Below, in pieces: positions 12,401 to 24,963 of a DNA stretch of 64,000 nucleotides. The stretch comes from the human T2T-CHM13v2.0 reference genome, Homo sapiens. Position 1 is the first letter of the stretch, and each line of letters starts with the position of its first letter. Below the pieces are notes generated by a model. That model was not told the origin of the DNA. It was given only the letters and a program-made list of their open reading frames with translations, and made no database searches. The translations under genes and the position numbers were made by a program. The stretch lies in the NCBI RefSeq assembly GCF_009914755.1, contig NC_060928.1. One strand, written 5' to 3'.

Positions 12401-13742
12401 GATGTTTGCATTCAGCTCATGGAGTTGAACACTTCCTTTCATAGAGCCGGTTTGAAACACTCTTTCTGCACTACCTGGAAGAGGACATTTCGAGCGCTTT
12501 GAGTCCTATGGTGAAAAAGGAAATATCTTCTCATAAAAACCAGAAAGAAGCATTCTCAGAAACTTCTTTGTGTTGTGTGTACTCATGTAACAGTGTTGAA
12601 CCATCCTTTTGACAGAGCAGTTTTGAAACACTCTTTTTGTAGAATCTGCAAGTGGATATTTGGATAGCTTTGAGGATTTCGTTGGAAACGGGATGACATA
12701 TAATATCTAGAGAGAAGCATACTCAGGAACTTCTTTGTGATGTTTGCATTCAAGTCACAGAATTGAACATTCCCTTTCATAGAGCAGGTTTGAAACACTC
12801 TTTCTCTAGTATCTGGAAGTGGGCATTTCAAGCGCTTTCAGGCCTATGGAGAGAAAGGAAATACCTTCAAATAAAAACTAGACAGAAGCATTCTCAGAAA
12901 CTTATTTGTGATGTGTGTCCTCAACTAACAGAGTTGAACCTTTGTTTTGATACAGCATTTTGGAAACACTCCTTTTGTAGAATCTGCAGGTGGATATTTG
13001 GATAACTTTGAAGATTTCGTTGGAAACCGGAATATCTTCATATAAAATCAAGACAGAAGCATTCTCGGAAACATCTCTGTGATGTTTGCATTCAACTCAG
13101 TAGAGTTGAACACTTCCTTTCGTAGAGCAGGTTTGAAACACTCTTTCTGCACTACCTGGAAGCGGACATTTCGAGCGCTTTGAGGCTTATGGTGAAAAAG
13201 GAAATATCTTCTCATAAAAACCAGAAAGAAGCATTCTCAGAAACTGCTTTGTGTTGTGTGTACTCAAGTAACAGTGTTGAAGCTTCCTGTTGACACAGCA
13301 GTTTTGAAACACTCTTTTGGTAGAATCTGCAAGTGGATATTTGGATAGCTTTGAGGATTTCGTTGGAAACAGGTTATCTTCATATAAAATCCAGACAGGA
13401 GCATTCTCAGAAACTTCTTTGTGCTGCATGTCCTCAATTCACAGAGCTGAACCTTTGTTTGGATACAGCATTTTGGAAACATTCCTTTAGTAGAATCTGC
13501 AAGTTGATATTTAGATAGCTTTGAAGATTTCGTTGGAAACGGGAATATCTTCATAGAAAATCTAGACGGAAGCATTCTCAGAAACTGCTTTGTGATGTTT
13601 GCATTCAAGTCACAGAGTTGAATATTCCCTTTTATAGAGTAGGTTTGAAACACTCTTTCGGCACTACCTGGAAGTGGATATTTCGAGCTCTTTGAGGCCT
13701 ATGGTTAAAAGGAAATATCTTCCCATAAAAACTAGACAGAAG
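9494..13742 (+). repeat. HOR unit 4, 25-mer variant (4249 bp): M1-9, M10/11, M12-14, M8-19
   Basis: M8 marker (ggaatcagaaagtggatattcggatgg) occurs twice, 1017 bp apart (monomer starts 10685 and 11702). Confidence 0.93.
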
Positions 13743-16700
13743 CCGTCTCAGAAACTTGTTTGTGATGTGTGTATTCAACTAACAGAGTTGAACATTTCTG
13801 TTACAGAGCAATTTTAAAACACTCTTTTTGTGGAATCTGAAAGTGGATAATTGGATAGCTTTGTGGATTTCGTTGGAAACGGGATGACGTATAAAATCTA
13901 GAGAGAAGCATTCTCAGGAACTTCTTTCTGATGTTTGCATTCAAGTCACAGAATTGAACATTCCTTTTCATAGTGCAGGTTTGAAACACTCTTTCTGTAG
14001 TATCTGGAAGTGGACATTTCAAGCGCTTTCAGGCCTACGGGGAGAAAGGAAATATCTTCAAATAAAAACTAGACAGAAGGATTCTCAGAAACTTATTTGT
14101 GATGTGTGTCCTAAACGAACACAGTTGAACCTTTGTTTTGATACAGCATTTTGGAAACACTCCTTTTGTAGGATCTGCAGGTGGATATTTGGATAGATTT
14201 TAAGATTTCGTTGGAAACGGGAGTTTCTTCATAGAAACTCAAGACAGATGCATTCTCAGAAACATCTCTGTGATGTTTGCATTCCACTCATAGAGTTGAA
14301 AACTTCCTTTCATAGAGCAGGTTTGAAACACTCTTTTTGTAATATTTGGAAGTGGACATTTGCAGCGCTTTGAGGCCTATGGTGAAAAAGGAAATATCTT
14401 CTCATAAAAACCAGAAACAAGCATTCTCAGAAACTTCTTTTTGATGTGTGTACTCAAGTAACAGAGTTGAACCTTCCTTTTGACACAGCAGTTTTGAAAC
14501 AATCTTTTTGTAGAATCTGCAAGTGGATATTTGGATAGCTTTGAGGATTTCGTTGGAAACGGGATATCTTCATATAAAATCTAGACAGAAGCATTCTCAG
14601 AAACTTCTTTGTGCTGTATGTCCTCAATTAACAGAGTTGAACCATTGCTTGGATACAGCATTTTGGAAACATTCCTTGAGTAGAATCTGCAAGTTGATAT
14701 TTAGATAGATTTGAAGATTTCGTTGGAAAAGGGAATATCTCCATATAAAATCTAGAGGGAAGCATTCTCAGAAACTGCTTTGTGATGTTTCCATTCAAGT
14801 CACAGAGTTGAATATTCCCTTTTATAGAGCACGTTTGAAACACTCTTTCTGCACTATCTGGAAGTGGACATTTCGAGCGCTTTGAGGCCTATGGTGAAAA
14901 AGGAAATATCTTCCCATAAAAACTAGACAGAAGCATTCTCAGAAACTTGTTTGTGATGTGTGTATTCAACTAACAGAGTTGAACTTTTGTTTTTACAGAG
15001 CCGTTTTAAAACACTCTTTTTGTGGAATCAGAAAGTGGATATTCGGATGGCTCTGAGGATTTCGTTGGAAGCGGGATTACATATAAAATCTAGAGAGAAG
15101 CATTCTCAGGAACTTCTTTGTGATGTTTGCATTGAAGTCACAGAATTGAACATTCACTTTGATAGAGCAGGTTTGAAACACTCATTCTGTAGTATCTGGA
15201 AGTGGACATTTCAAGCGCTTTCAGGCCTATGGTGAGAAAGGAAATATCTTCGAATAAAAACTAGACAGAAGCATCCTCAGAAACTTATTTGTGATGTGTG
15301 TCCTCAACTAACAGAGTTGAAACTTTGTTTTGATACAGCATTTTGGAAACACTCTTTTTGTAGAATCTGCAGGTGGATATTTGGATAGCTTAGAGGGATT
15401 CGTTGGAAAGGGGATATCTTCATATAAAATCTAGACAGAAGCATTCTCAGAAACTTATTTGTGATGTGTGTCCTCAACTAACAGTGTTGAACCTTGGTTT
15501 TGATACAGCATTTTGGAAACGCTCCTTTTGTAGAATCTGCAGGTGGATATGTGGATAGCTCTGAAGATTTCGTTGGAAACGGGAATTTCTTCATATAAAA
15601 TCAAACAGAAGCATTCTCAGAAACTTCTCAGTGATGTTTGCATTCAGCTCATGGAGTTGAACACTTCCTTTCATAGAGCCGGTTTGAAACACTCTTTCTG
15701 CACTACCTGGAAGAGGCCATTTCGAGCGCTTTGAGTCCTATGGTGAAAAAGGAAATATCTTCTCATAAAAACCAGAAAGAAGCATTCTCAGAAACTTCTT
15801 TGTGTTGTGTGTACTCATGTAACAGTGTTGAACCATCCTTTTGACAGAGCAGTTTTGAAACACTCTTTTTGTAGAATCTGCAAGTGGATATTTGGATAGC
15901 TTTGAGGATTTCGTTGGAAACGGGATGACATATAATATCTAGAGAGAAGCATTCTCAGGAACTTCTTTGTGCTGTTTGCATTCAAGTCACAGAATTGAAC
16001 ATTCCCTTTCATAGAGCAGATTTGAAACACTCTTTCTCTAGTATCTGGAAGTGGGCATTTCAAGCGCTTTCAGGCCTATTGAGAGAAAGGAAATACCTTC
16101 AAATAAAAACTAGACAGAAGCATTCTCAGAAACTTATTTGTGATGTGTGTCCTCAACTAACAGAGTTGAACCTTTGTTTTGATACAGCATTTTGGAAACA
16201 CTCCTTTTGTAGAATCTGCAGGTGGATATTTGGATAACTTTGAAGATTTCGTTGGAAACCGGAATATCTTCATATAAAATCAAGACAGAAGCATTCTCGG
16301 AAACATCTCTGTGATGTTTGCATTCAACTCAGTAGAGTTGAACACTTCCTTTCATAGAGCCGGTTTGAAACACTCTTTCTGCACTACCTGGAAGCGGACA
16401 TTTCGAGCGCTTTGAGGCCTATGGTGAAAAAGGAAATATCTTCTCATAAAAACCAGAAAGAAGCATTCTCAGAAACTTCTTTGTGTTGTGTGTACTCAAG
16501 TAACAGTGTTGAACCTTCCTTTTGACACAGCAGTTTTGAAACACTCTTTTGGTAGAATCTGCAAGTGGATATTTGGATAGCTTTGAGGATTTCGTTGGAA
16601 ACGGGTTATCTTCATATAAAATCCAGACAGGAGCATTCTCAGAAACTTCTTTGTGCTGCATGTCCTCAATTCACAGAGCTGAACCTTTGTTTGGATACAG

Positions 16701-16974
16701 CATTTTGGAAACATTCCTTTAGTAGAATCTGCAAGTTGATATTTAGATAGCTTTGAAGATTTCGTTGGAAACGGGAATATCTTCATAGAAAATCTAGACG
16801 GAAGCATTCTCAGAAACTGCTTTGTGATGTTTGCATTCAAGTCACAGAGTTGAATATTCCCTTTTATAGAGTAGGTTTGAAACACTCTTTCGGCACTACC
16901 TGGAAGTGGATATTTCGAGCTCTTTGAGGCCTATGGTTAAAAGGAAATATCTTCCCATAAAAACTAGACAGAAG
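13743..16974 (+). repeat. HOR unit 5, canonical 19-mer
   Basis: 3232-bp spacing. Confidence 0.95.
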
Positions 16975-19900
16975 CCGTCTCAGAAACTTGTTTGTGATGT
17001 GTGTATTCAACTAACAGAGTTGAACATTTCTGTTACAGAGCAATTTTAAAACACTCTTTTTGTGGAATCTGAAAGTGGATAATTGGATAGCTTTGTGGAT
17101 TTCGTTGGAAACGGGATGACGTATAAAATCTAGAGAGAAGCATTCTCAGGAACTTCTTTGTGATGTTTGCATTCAAGTCACAGAATTGAACATTCCTTTT
17201 CATAGTGCAGGTTTGAAACACTCTTTCTGTAGTATCTGGAAGTGGACATTTCAAGCGCTTTCAGGCCTACGGGGAGAAAGGAAATATCTTCAAATAAAAA
17301 CTAGACAGAAGGATTCTCAGAAACTTATTTGTGATGTGTGTCCTAAACGAACACAGTTGAACCTTTGTTTAGATACAGCATTTTGGAAACACTCCTTTTG
17401 TAGGATCTGCAGGTGGATATTTGGATAGATTTTAAGATTTCGTTGGAAACGGGAGTTTCTTCATAGAAACTCAAGACAGATGCATTCTCCGAAACTTCTC
17501 TGTGATGTTTGCATTCCACTCATAGAGTTGAAAACTTCCTTTCATAGAGCAGGTTTGAAACACTCTTTTTGTAATATTTGGAAGTGGACATTTGCAGCGC
17601 TTTGAGGCCTATGGTGAAAAAGGAAATATCTTCTCATAAAAACCAGAAACAAGCATTCTCAGAAACTTCTTTTTGATGTGTGTACTCAAGTAACAGAGTT
17701 GAACCTTCCTTTTGACACAGCAGTTTTGAAACAATCTTTTTGTAGAATCTGCAAGTGGATATTTGGATAGCTTTGAGGATTTCGTTGGAAACGGGATATC
17801 TTCATATAAAATCTAGACAGAAGCATTCTCAGAAACTTCTTTGTGCTGTATGTCCTCAATTAACAGAGTTGAACCATTGCTTGGATACAGCATTTTGGAA
17901 ACATTCCTTGAGTAGAATCTGCAAGTTGATATTTAGATAGACTTGAAGATTTCGTTGGAAAAGGGAATATCTCCATATAAAATCTAGACGGAAGCATTCT
18001 CAGAAACTGCTTTGTGATGTTTCCATTCAAGTCACAGAGTTGAATATTCCCTTTTATAGAGCACGTTTGAAACACTCTTTCTGCACTATCTGGAAGTGGA
18101 CATTTCGAGCGCTTTGAGGCCTATGGTGAAAAAGGAAATATCTTCCCATAAAAATTAGACAGAAGCATTCTCAGAAACTTGTTTGTGATGTGTGTATTCA
18201 ACTAACAGAGTTGAACTTTTGTTTTTACAGAGCCGTTTTAAAACACTCTTTTTGTGGAATCAGAAAGTGGATATTCCGATGGCTCTGAGGATTTCGTTGG
18301 AAGCGGGATTACATATAAAATCTAGAGAGAAGCATTCTCAGGAACTTCTTTGTGATGTTTGCATTGAAGTCACAGAATTGAACATTCACTTTGATAGAGC
18401 AGGTTTGAAACACTCATTCTGTAGTATCTGGAAGTGGACATTTCAAGCGCTTTCAGGCCTATGGTGAAAAAGGAAATATCTTCGAATAAAAACTAGACAG
18501 AAGCATCCTCAGAAACTTATTTGTGATGTGTGTCCTCAACTAACAGAGTTGAAACTTTGTTTTGATACAGCATTTTGGAAACACTCCTTTTGTAGAATCT
18601 GCAGGTGGATATGTGGATAGCTCTGAAGATTTCGTTGGAAACGGGAATTTCTTCATATAAAATCAAACAGAAGCATTCTCAGAAACTTCTCAGTGATGTT
18701 TGCATTCAGCTCATGGAGTTGAACACTTCCTTTCATAGAGCCGGTTTGAAACACTCTTTCTGCACTACCTGGAAGAGGCCATTTCGAGCGCTTTGAGTCC
18801 TATGGTGAAAAAGGAAATATCTTCTCATAAAAACCAGAAAGAAGCATTCTCAGAAACTTCTTTGTGTTGTGTGTACTCATGTAACAGTGTTGAACCATCC
18901 TTTTGACAGAGCAGTTTTGAAACACTCTTTTTGTAGAATCTGCAAGTGGATATTTGGATAGCTTTGAGGATTTCGTTGGAAACGGGATGACATATAATAT
19001 CTAGAGAGAAGCATTCTCAGGAACTTCTTTGTGCTGTTTGCATTCAAGTCACAGAATTGAACATTCCCTTTCATAGAGCAGATTTGAAACACTCTTTCTC
19101 TAGTATCTGGAAGTGGGCATTTCAAGTGCTTTCAGGCCTATTGAGAGAAAGGAAATACCTTCAAATAAAAACTAGACAGAAGCATTCTCAGAAACTTGTT
19201 TGTGATGTGTGTATTCAACTAACAGAGTTGAACTTTTGTTTTTACAGAGCCGTTTTAAAACACTCTTTTTGTGGAATCAGAAAGTGGATATTCGGATGGC
19301 TCTGAGGATTTCGTTGGAAGCGGGATTACATATAAAATCTAGAGAGAAGCATTCTCAGGAACTTCTTTGTGATGTTTGCATTGAAGTCACAGAATTGAAC
19401 ATTCACTTTGATAGAGCAGGTTTGAAACACTCATTCTGTAGTATCTGGAAGTGGACATTTCAAGCGCTTTCAGGCCTATGGTGAGAAAGGAAATATCTTC
19501 GAATAAAAACTAGACAGAAGCATCCTCAGAAACTTATTTGTGATGTGTGTCCTCAACTAACAGAGTTGAAACTTTGTTTTGATACAGCATTTTGGAAACA
19601 CTCTTTTTGTAGAATCTGCAGGTGGATATTTGGATAGCTTAGAGGGATTCGTTGGAAAGGGGATATCTTCATATAAAATCTAGACAGAAGCATTCTCAGA
19701 AACTTATTTGTGATGTGTGTCCTCAACTAACAGAGTTGAACCTTGGTTTTGATACAGCATTTTGGAAACACTCCTTTTGTAGAATCTGCAGGTGGATATG
19801 TGGATAGCTCTGAAGATTTCGTTGGAAACGGGAATTTCTTCATATAAAATCAAACAGAAGCATTCTCAGAAACTTCTCAGTGATGTTTGCATTCAGCTCA

Positions 19901-21223
19901 TGGAGTTGAACACTTCCTTTCATAGAGCCGGTTTGAAACACTCTTTCTGCACTACCTGGAAGAGGACATTTCGAGCGCTTTGAGTCCTATGGTGAAAAAG
20001 GAAATATCTTCTCATAAAAACCAGAAAGAAGCATTCTCAGAAACTTCTTTGTGTTGTGTGTACTCATGTAACAGTGTTGAACCATCCTTTTGACAGAGCA
20101 GTTTTGAAACACTCTTTTTGTAGAATCTGCAAGTGGATATTTGGATAGCTTTGAGGATTTCGTTGGAAACGGGATGACATATAATATCTAGAGAGAAGCA
20201 TACTCAGGAACTTCTTTGTGATGTTTGCATTCAAGTCACAGAATTGAACATTCCCTTTCATAGAGCAGGTTTGAAACACTCTTTCTCTAGTATCTGGAAG
20301 TGGGCATTTCAAGCGCTTTCAGGCCTATGGAGAGAAAGGAAATACCTTCAAATAAAAACTAGACAGAAGCATTCTCAGAAACTTATTTGTGATGTGTGTC
20401 CTCAACTAACAGAGTTGAACCTTTGTTTTGATACAGCATTTTGGAAACACTCCTTTTGTAGAATCTGCAGGTGGATATTTGGATAACTTTGAAGATTTCG
20501 TTGGAAACCGGAATATCTTCATATAAAATCAAGACAGAAGCATTCTCGGAAACATCTCTGTGATGTTTGCATTCAACTCAGTAGAGTTGAACACTTCCTT
20601 TCATAGAGCAGGTTTGAAACACTCTTTCTGCACTACCTGGAAGCGGACATTTCGAGCGCTTTGAGGCCTATGGTGAAAAAGGAAATATCTTCTCATAAAA
20701 ACCAGAAAGAAGCATTCTCAGAAACTTCTTTGTGTTGTGTGTACTCAAGTAACAGTGTTGAACCTTCCTTTTGACACAGCAGTTTTGAAACACTCTTTTG
20801 GTAGAATCTGCAAGTGGATATTTGGATAGCTTTGAGGATTTCGTTGGAAACGGGTTATCTTCATATAAAATCCAGACAGGAGCATTCTCAGAAACTTCTT
20901 TGTGCTGCATGTCCTCAATTCACAGAGCTGAACCTTTGTTTGGATACAGCATTTTGGAAACATTCCTTTAGTAGAATCTGCAAGTTGATATTTAGATAGC
21001 TTTGAAGATTTCGTTGGAAACGGGAATATCTTCATAGAAAATCTAGACGGAAGCATTCTCAGAAACTGCTTTGTGATGTTTGCATTCAAGTCACAGCGTT
21101 GAATATTCCCTTTTATAGAGTAGGTTTGAAACACTCTTTCGGCACTACCTGGAAGTGGATATTTCGAGCTCTTTGAGGCCTATGGTTAAAAGGAAATATC
21201 TTCCCATAAAAACTAGACAGAAG
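16975..21223 (+). repeat. HOR unit 6, 25-mer variant (4249 bp)
   Basis: M8 starts at 18166 and 19183; M10/11 fusion at 18504. Confidence 0.93.
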
Positions 21224-24200
21224 CCGTCTCAGAAACTTGTTTGTGATGTGTGTATTCAACTACCAGAGTTGAACATTTCTGTTACAGAGCAATTTTAAAA
21301 CACTCTTTTTGTGGAATCTGAAAGTGGATAATTGGATAGCTTTGTGGATTTCGTTGGAAACGGGATGACGTATAAAATCTAGAGAGAAGCATTCTCAGGA
21401 ACTTCTTTCTGATGTTTGCATTCAAGTCACAGAATTGAACATTCCTTTTCATAGTGCAGGTTTGAAACACTCTTTCTGTAGTATCTGGAAGTGGACATTT
21501 CAAGCGCTTTCAGGCCTACGGGGAGAAAGGAAATATCTTCAAATAAAAACTAGACAGAAGGATTCTCAGAAACTTATTTGTGATGTGTGTCCTAAACGAA
21601 CAGAGTTGAACCTTTGTTTTGATACAGCATTTTGGAAACACTCCTTTTGTAGGATCTGCAGGTGGATATTTGGATAGATTTTAAGATTTCGTTGGAAACG
21701 GGAGTTTCTTCATAGAAACTCAAGACAGATGCATTCTCAGAAACATCTCTGTGATGTTTGCATTCCACTCATAGATTTGAAAACTTCCTTTCATAGAGCA
21801 GGTTTGAAACACTCTTTTTGTAATATTTGGAAGTGGACATTTGCAGCGCTTTGAGGCCTATGGTGAAAAAGGAAATATCTTCTCATAAAAACCAGAAACA
21901 AGCATTCTCAGAAACTTCTTTTTGATGTGTGTACTCAAGTAACAGAGTTGAACCTTCCTTTTGACACAGCAGTTTTGAAACAATCTTTTTGTAGAATCTG
22001 CAAGTGGATATTTGGATAGCTTTGAGGATTTCGTTGGAAACGGGATATCTTCATATAAAATCTAGACAGAAGCATTCTCAGAAACTTCTTTGTGCTGTAT
22101 GTCCTCAATTAACAGAGTTGAACCATTGCTTGGATACAGCATTTTGGAAACATTCCTTGAGTAGAATCTGCAAGTTGATATTTAGATAGATTTGAAGATT
22201 TCATTGGAAAAGGGAATATCTCCATATAAAATCTAGAGGGAAGCATTCTCAGAAACTGCTTTGTGATGTTTCCATTCAAGTCACAAAGTTGAATATTCCC
22301 TTTTATAGAGCACGTTTGAAACACTCTTTCTGCACTATCTGGAAGTGGACATTTCGAGCGCTTTGAGGCCTATGGTGAAAAAGGAAATATCTTCCCATAA
22401 AAACTAGACAGAAGCATTCTCAGAAACTTGTTTGTGATGTGTGTATTCAACTAACAGAGTTGAACTTTTGTTTTTACAGAGCCGTTTTAAAACACTCTTT
22501 TTGTGGAATCAGAAAGTGGATATTCGGATGGCTCTGAGGATTTCGTTGGAAGCGGGATTACATATAAAATCTAGAGAGAAGCATTCTCAGGAACTTCTTT
22601 GTGATGTTTGCATTGAAGTCACAGAATTGAACATTCACTTTGATAGAGCAGGTTTGAAACACTCATTCTGTAGTATCTGGAAGTGGACATTTCAAGCGCT
22701 TTCAGGCCTATGGTGAGAAAGGAAATATCTTCGAATAAAAACTAGACAGAAGCATCCTCAGAAACTTATTTGTGATGTGTGTCCTCAACTAACAGAGTTG
22801 AAACTTTGTTTTGATACAGCATTTTGGAAACACTCTTTTTGTAGAATCTGCAGGTGGATATTTGGATAGCTTAGAGGGATTCGTTGGAAAGGGGATATCT
22901 TCATATAAAATCTAGACAGAAGCATTCTCAGAAACTTATTTGTGATGTGTGTCCTCAACTAACAGAGTTGAACCTTGGTTTTGATACAGCATTTTGGAAA
23001 CACTCCTTTTGTAGAATCTGCAGGTGGATATGTGGATAGCTCTGAAGATTTCGTTGGAAACGGGAATTTCTTCATATAAAATCAAACAGAAGCATTCTCA
23101 GAAACTTCTCAGTGATGTTTGCATTCAGCTCATGGAGTTGAACACTTCCTTTCATAGAGCCGGTTTGAAACACTCTTTCTGCACTACCTGGAAGAGGCCA
23201 TTTCGAGCGCTTTGAGTCCTATGGTGAAAAAGGAAATATCTTCTCATAAAAACCAGAAAGAAGCATTCTCAGAAACTTCTTTGTGTTGTGTGTACTCATG
23301 TAACAGTTTTGAACCATCCTTTTGACAGAGCAGTTTTGAAACACTCTTTTTGTAGAATCTGCAAGTGGATATTTGGATAGCTTTGAGGATTTCGTTGGAA
23401 ACGGGATGACATATAATATCTAGAGAGAAGCATTCTCAGGAACTTCTTTGTGCTGTTTGCATTCAAGTCACAGAATTGAACATTCCCTTTCATAGAGCAG
23501 ATTTGAAACACTCTTTCTCTAGTATCTGGAAGTGGGCATTTCAAGCGCTTTCAGGCCTATTGAGAGAAAGGAAATACCTTCAAATAAAAACTAGACAGAA
23601 GCATTCTCAGAAACTTGTTTGTGATGTGTGTATTCAACTAACAGAGTTGAACTTTTGTTTTTACAGAGCCGTTTTAAAACACTCTTTTTGTGGAATCAGA
23701 AAGTGGATATTCGGATGGCTCTGAGGATTTCGTTGGAAGCGGGATTACATATAAAATCTAGAGAGAAGCATTCTCAGGAACTTCTTTGTGATGTTTGCAT
23801 TGAAGTCACAGAATTGAACATTCACTTTGATAGAGCAGGTTTGAAACACTCATTCTGTAGTATCTGGAAGTGGACATTTCAAGCGCTTTCAGGCCTATGG
23901 TGAGAAAGGAAATATCTTCGAATAAAAACTAGACAGAAGCATCCTCAGAAACTTATTTGTGATGTGTGTCCTCAACTAACAGAGTTGAAACTTTGTTTTG
24001 ATACAGCATTTTGGAAACACTCTTTTTGTAGAATCTGCAGGTGGATATTTAGATAGCTTAGAGGGATTCGTTGGAAAGGGGATATCTTCATATAAAATCT
24101 AGACAGAAGCATTCTCAGAAACTTATTTGTGATGTGTGTCCTCAACTAACAGAGTTGAACCTTGGTTTTGATACAGCATTTTGGAAACACTCCTTTTGTA

Positions 24201-24963
24201 GAATCTGCAGGTGGATATTTGGATAACTTTGAAGATTTCGTTGGAAACCGGAATATCTTCATATAAAATCAAGACAGAAGCATTCTCGGAAACATCTCTG
24301 TGATGTTTGCATTCAACTCAGTAGAGTTGAACACTTCCTTTCATAGAGCAGGTTTGAAACACTCTTTCTGCACTACCTGGAAGCGGACATTTCGAGCGCT
24401 TTGAGGCCTATGGTGAAAAAGGAAATATCTTCTCATAAAAACCAGAAAGAAGCATTCTCAGAAACTTCTTTGTGTTGTGTGTACTCAAGTAACAGTGTTG
24501 AACCTTCCTTTTGACACAGCAGTTTTGAAACACTCTTTTGGTAGAATCTGCAAGTGGATATTTGGATAGCTTTGAGGATTTCGTTGGAAACGGGTTATCT
24601 TCATATAAAATCCAGACAGGAGCATTCTCAGAAACTTCTTTGTGCTGCATGTCCTCAATTCACAGAGCTGAACCTTTGTTTGGATACAGCATTTTGGAAA
24701 CACTCCTTTAGTAGAATCTGCAAGTTGATATTTAGATAGCTTTGAAGATTTCGTTGGAAACGGGAATATCTTCATAGAAAATCTAGACGGAAGCATTCTC
24801 AGAAACTGCTTTGTGATGTTTGCATTCAAGTCACAGAGTTGAATATTCCCTTTTATAGAGTAGGTTTGAAACACTCTTTCGGCACTACCTGGAAGTGGAT
24901 ATTTCGAGCTCTTTGAGGCCTATGGTTAAAAGGAAATATCTTCCCATAAAAACTAGACAGAAG
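21224..24963 (+). repeat. HOR unit 7, 22-mer variant (3740 bp): M1-14, M8-10, M11/15 fusion, M16-19
   Basis: 3232 + 1187 - 679 = 3740. M8 at 22415 and 23602; fusion monomer at 24110-24280. Confidence 0.92.
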
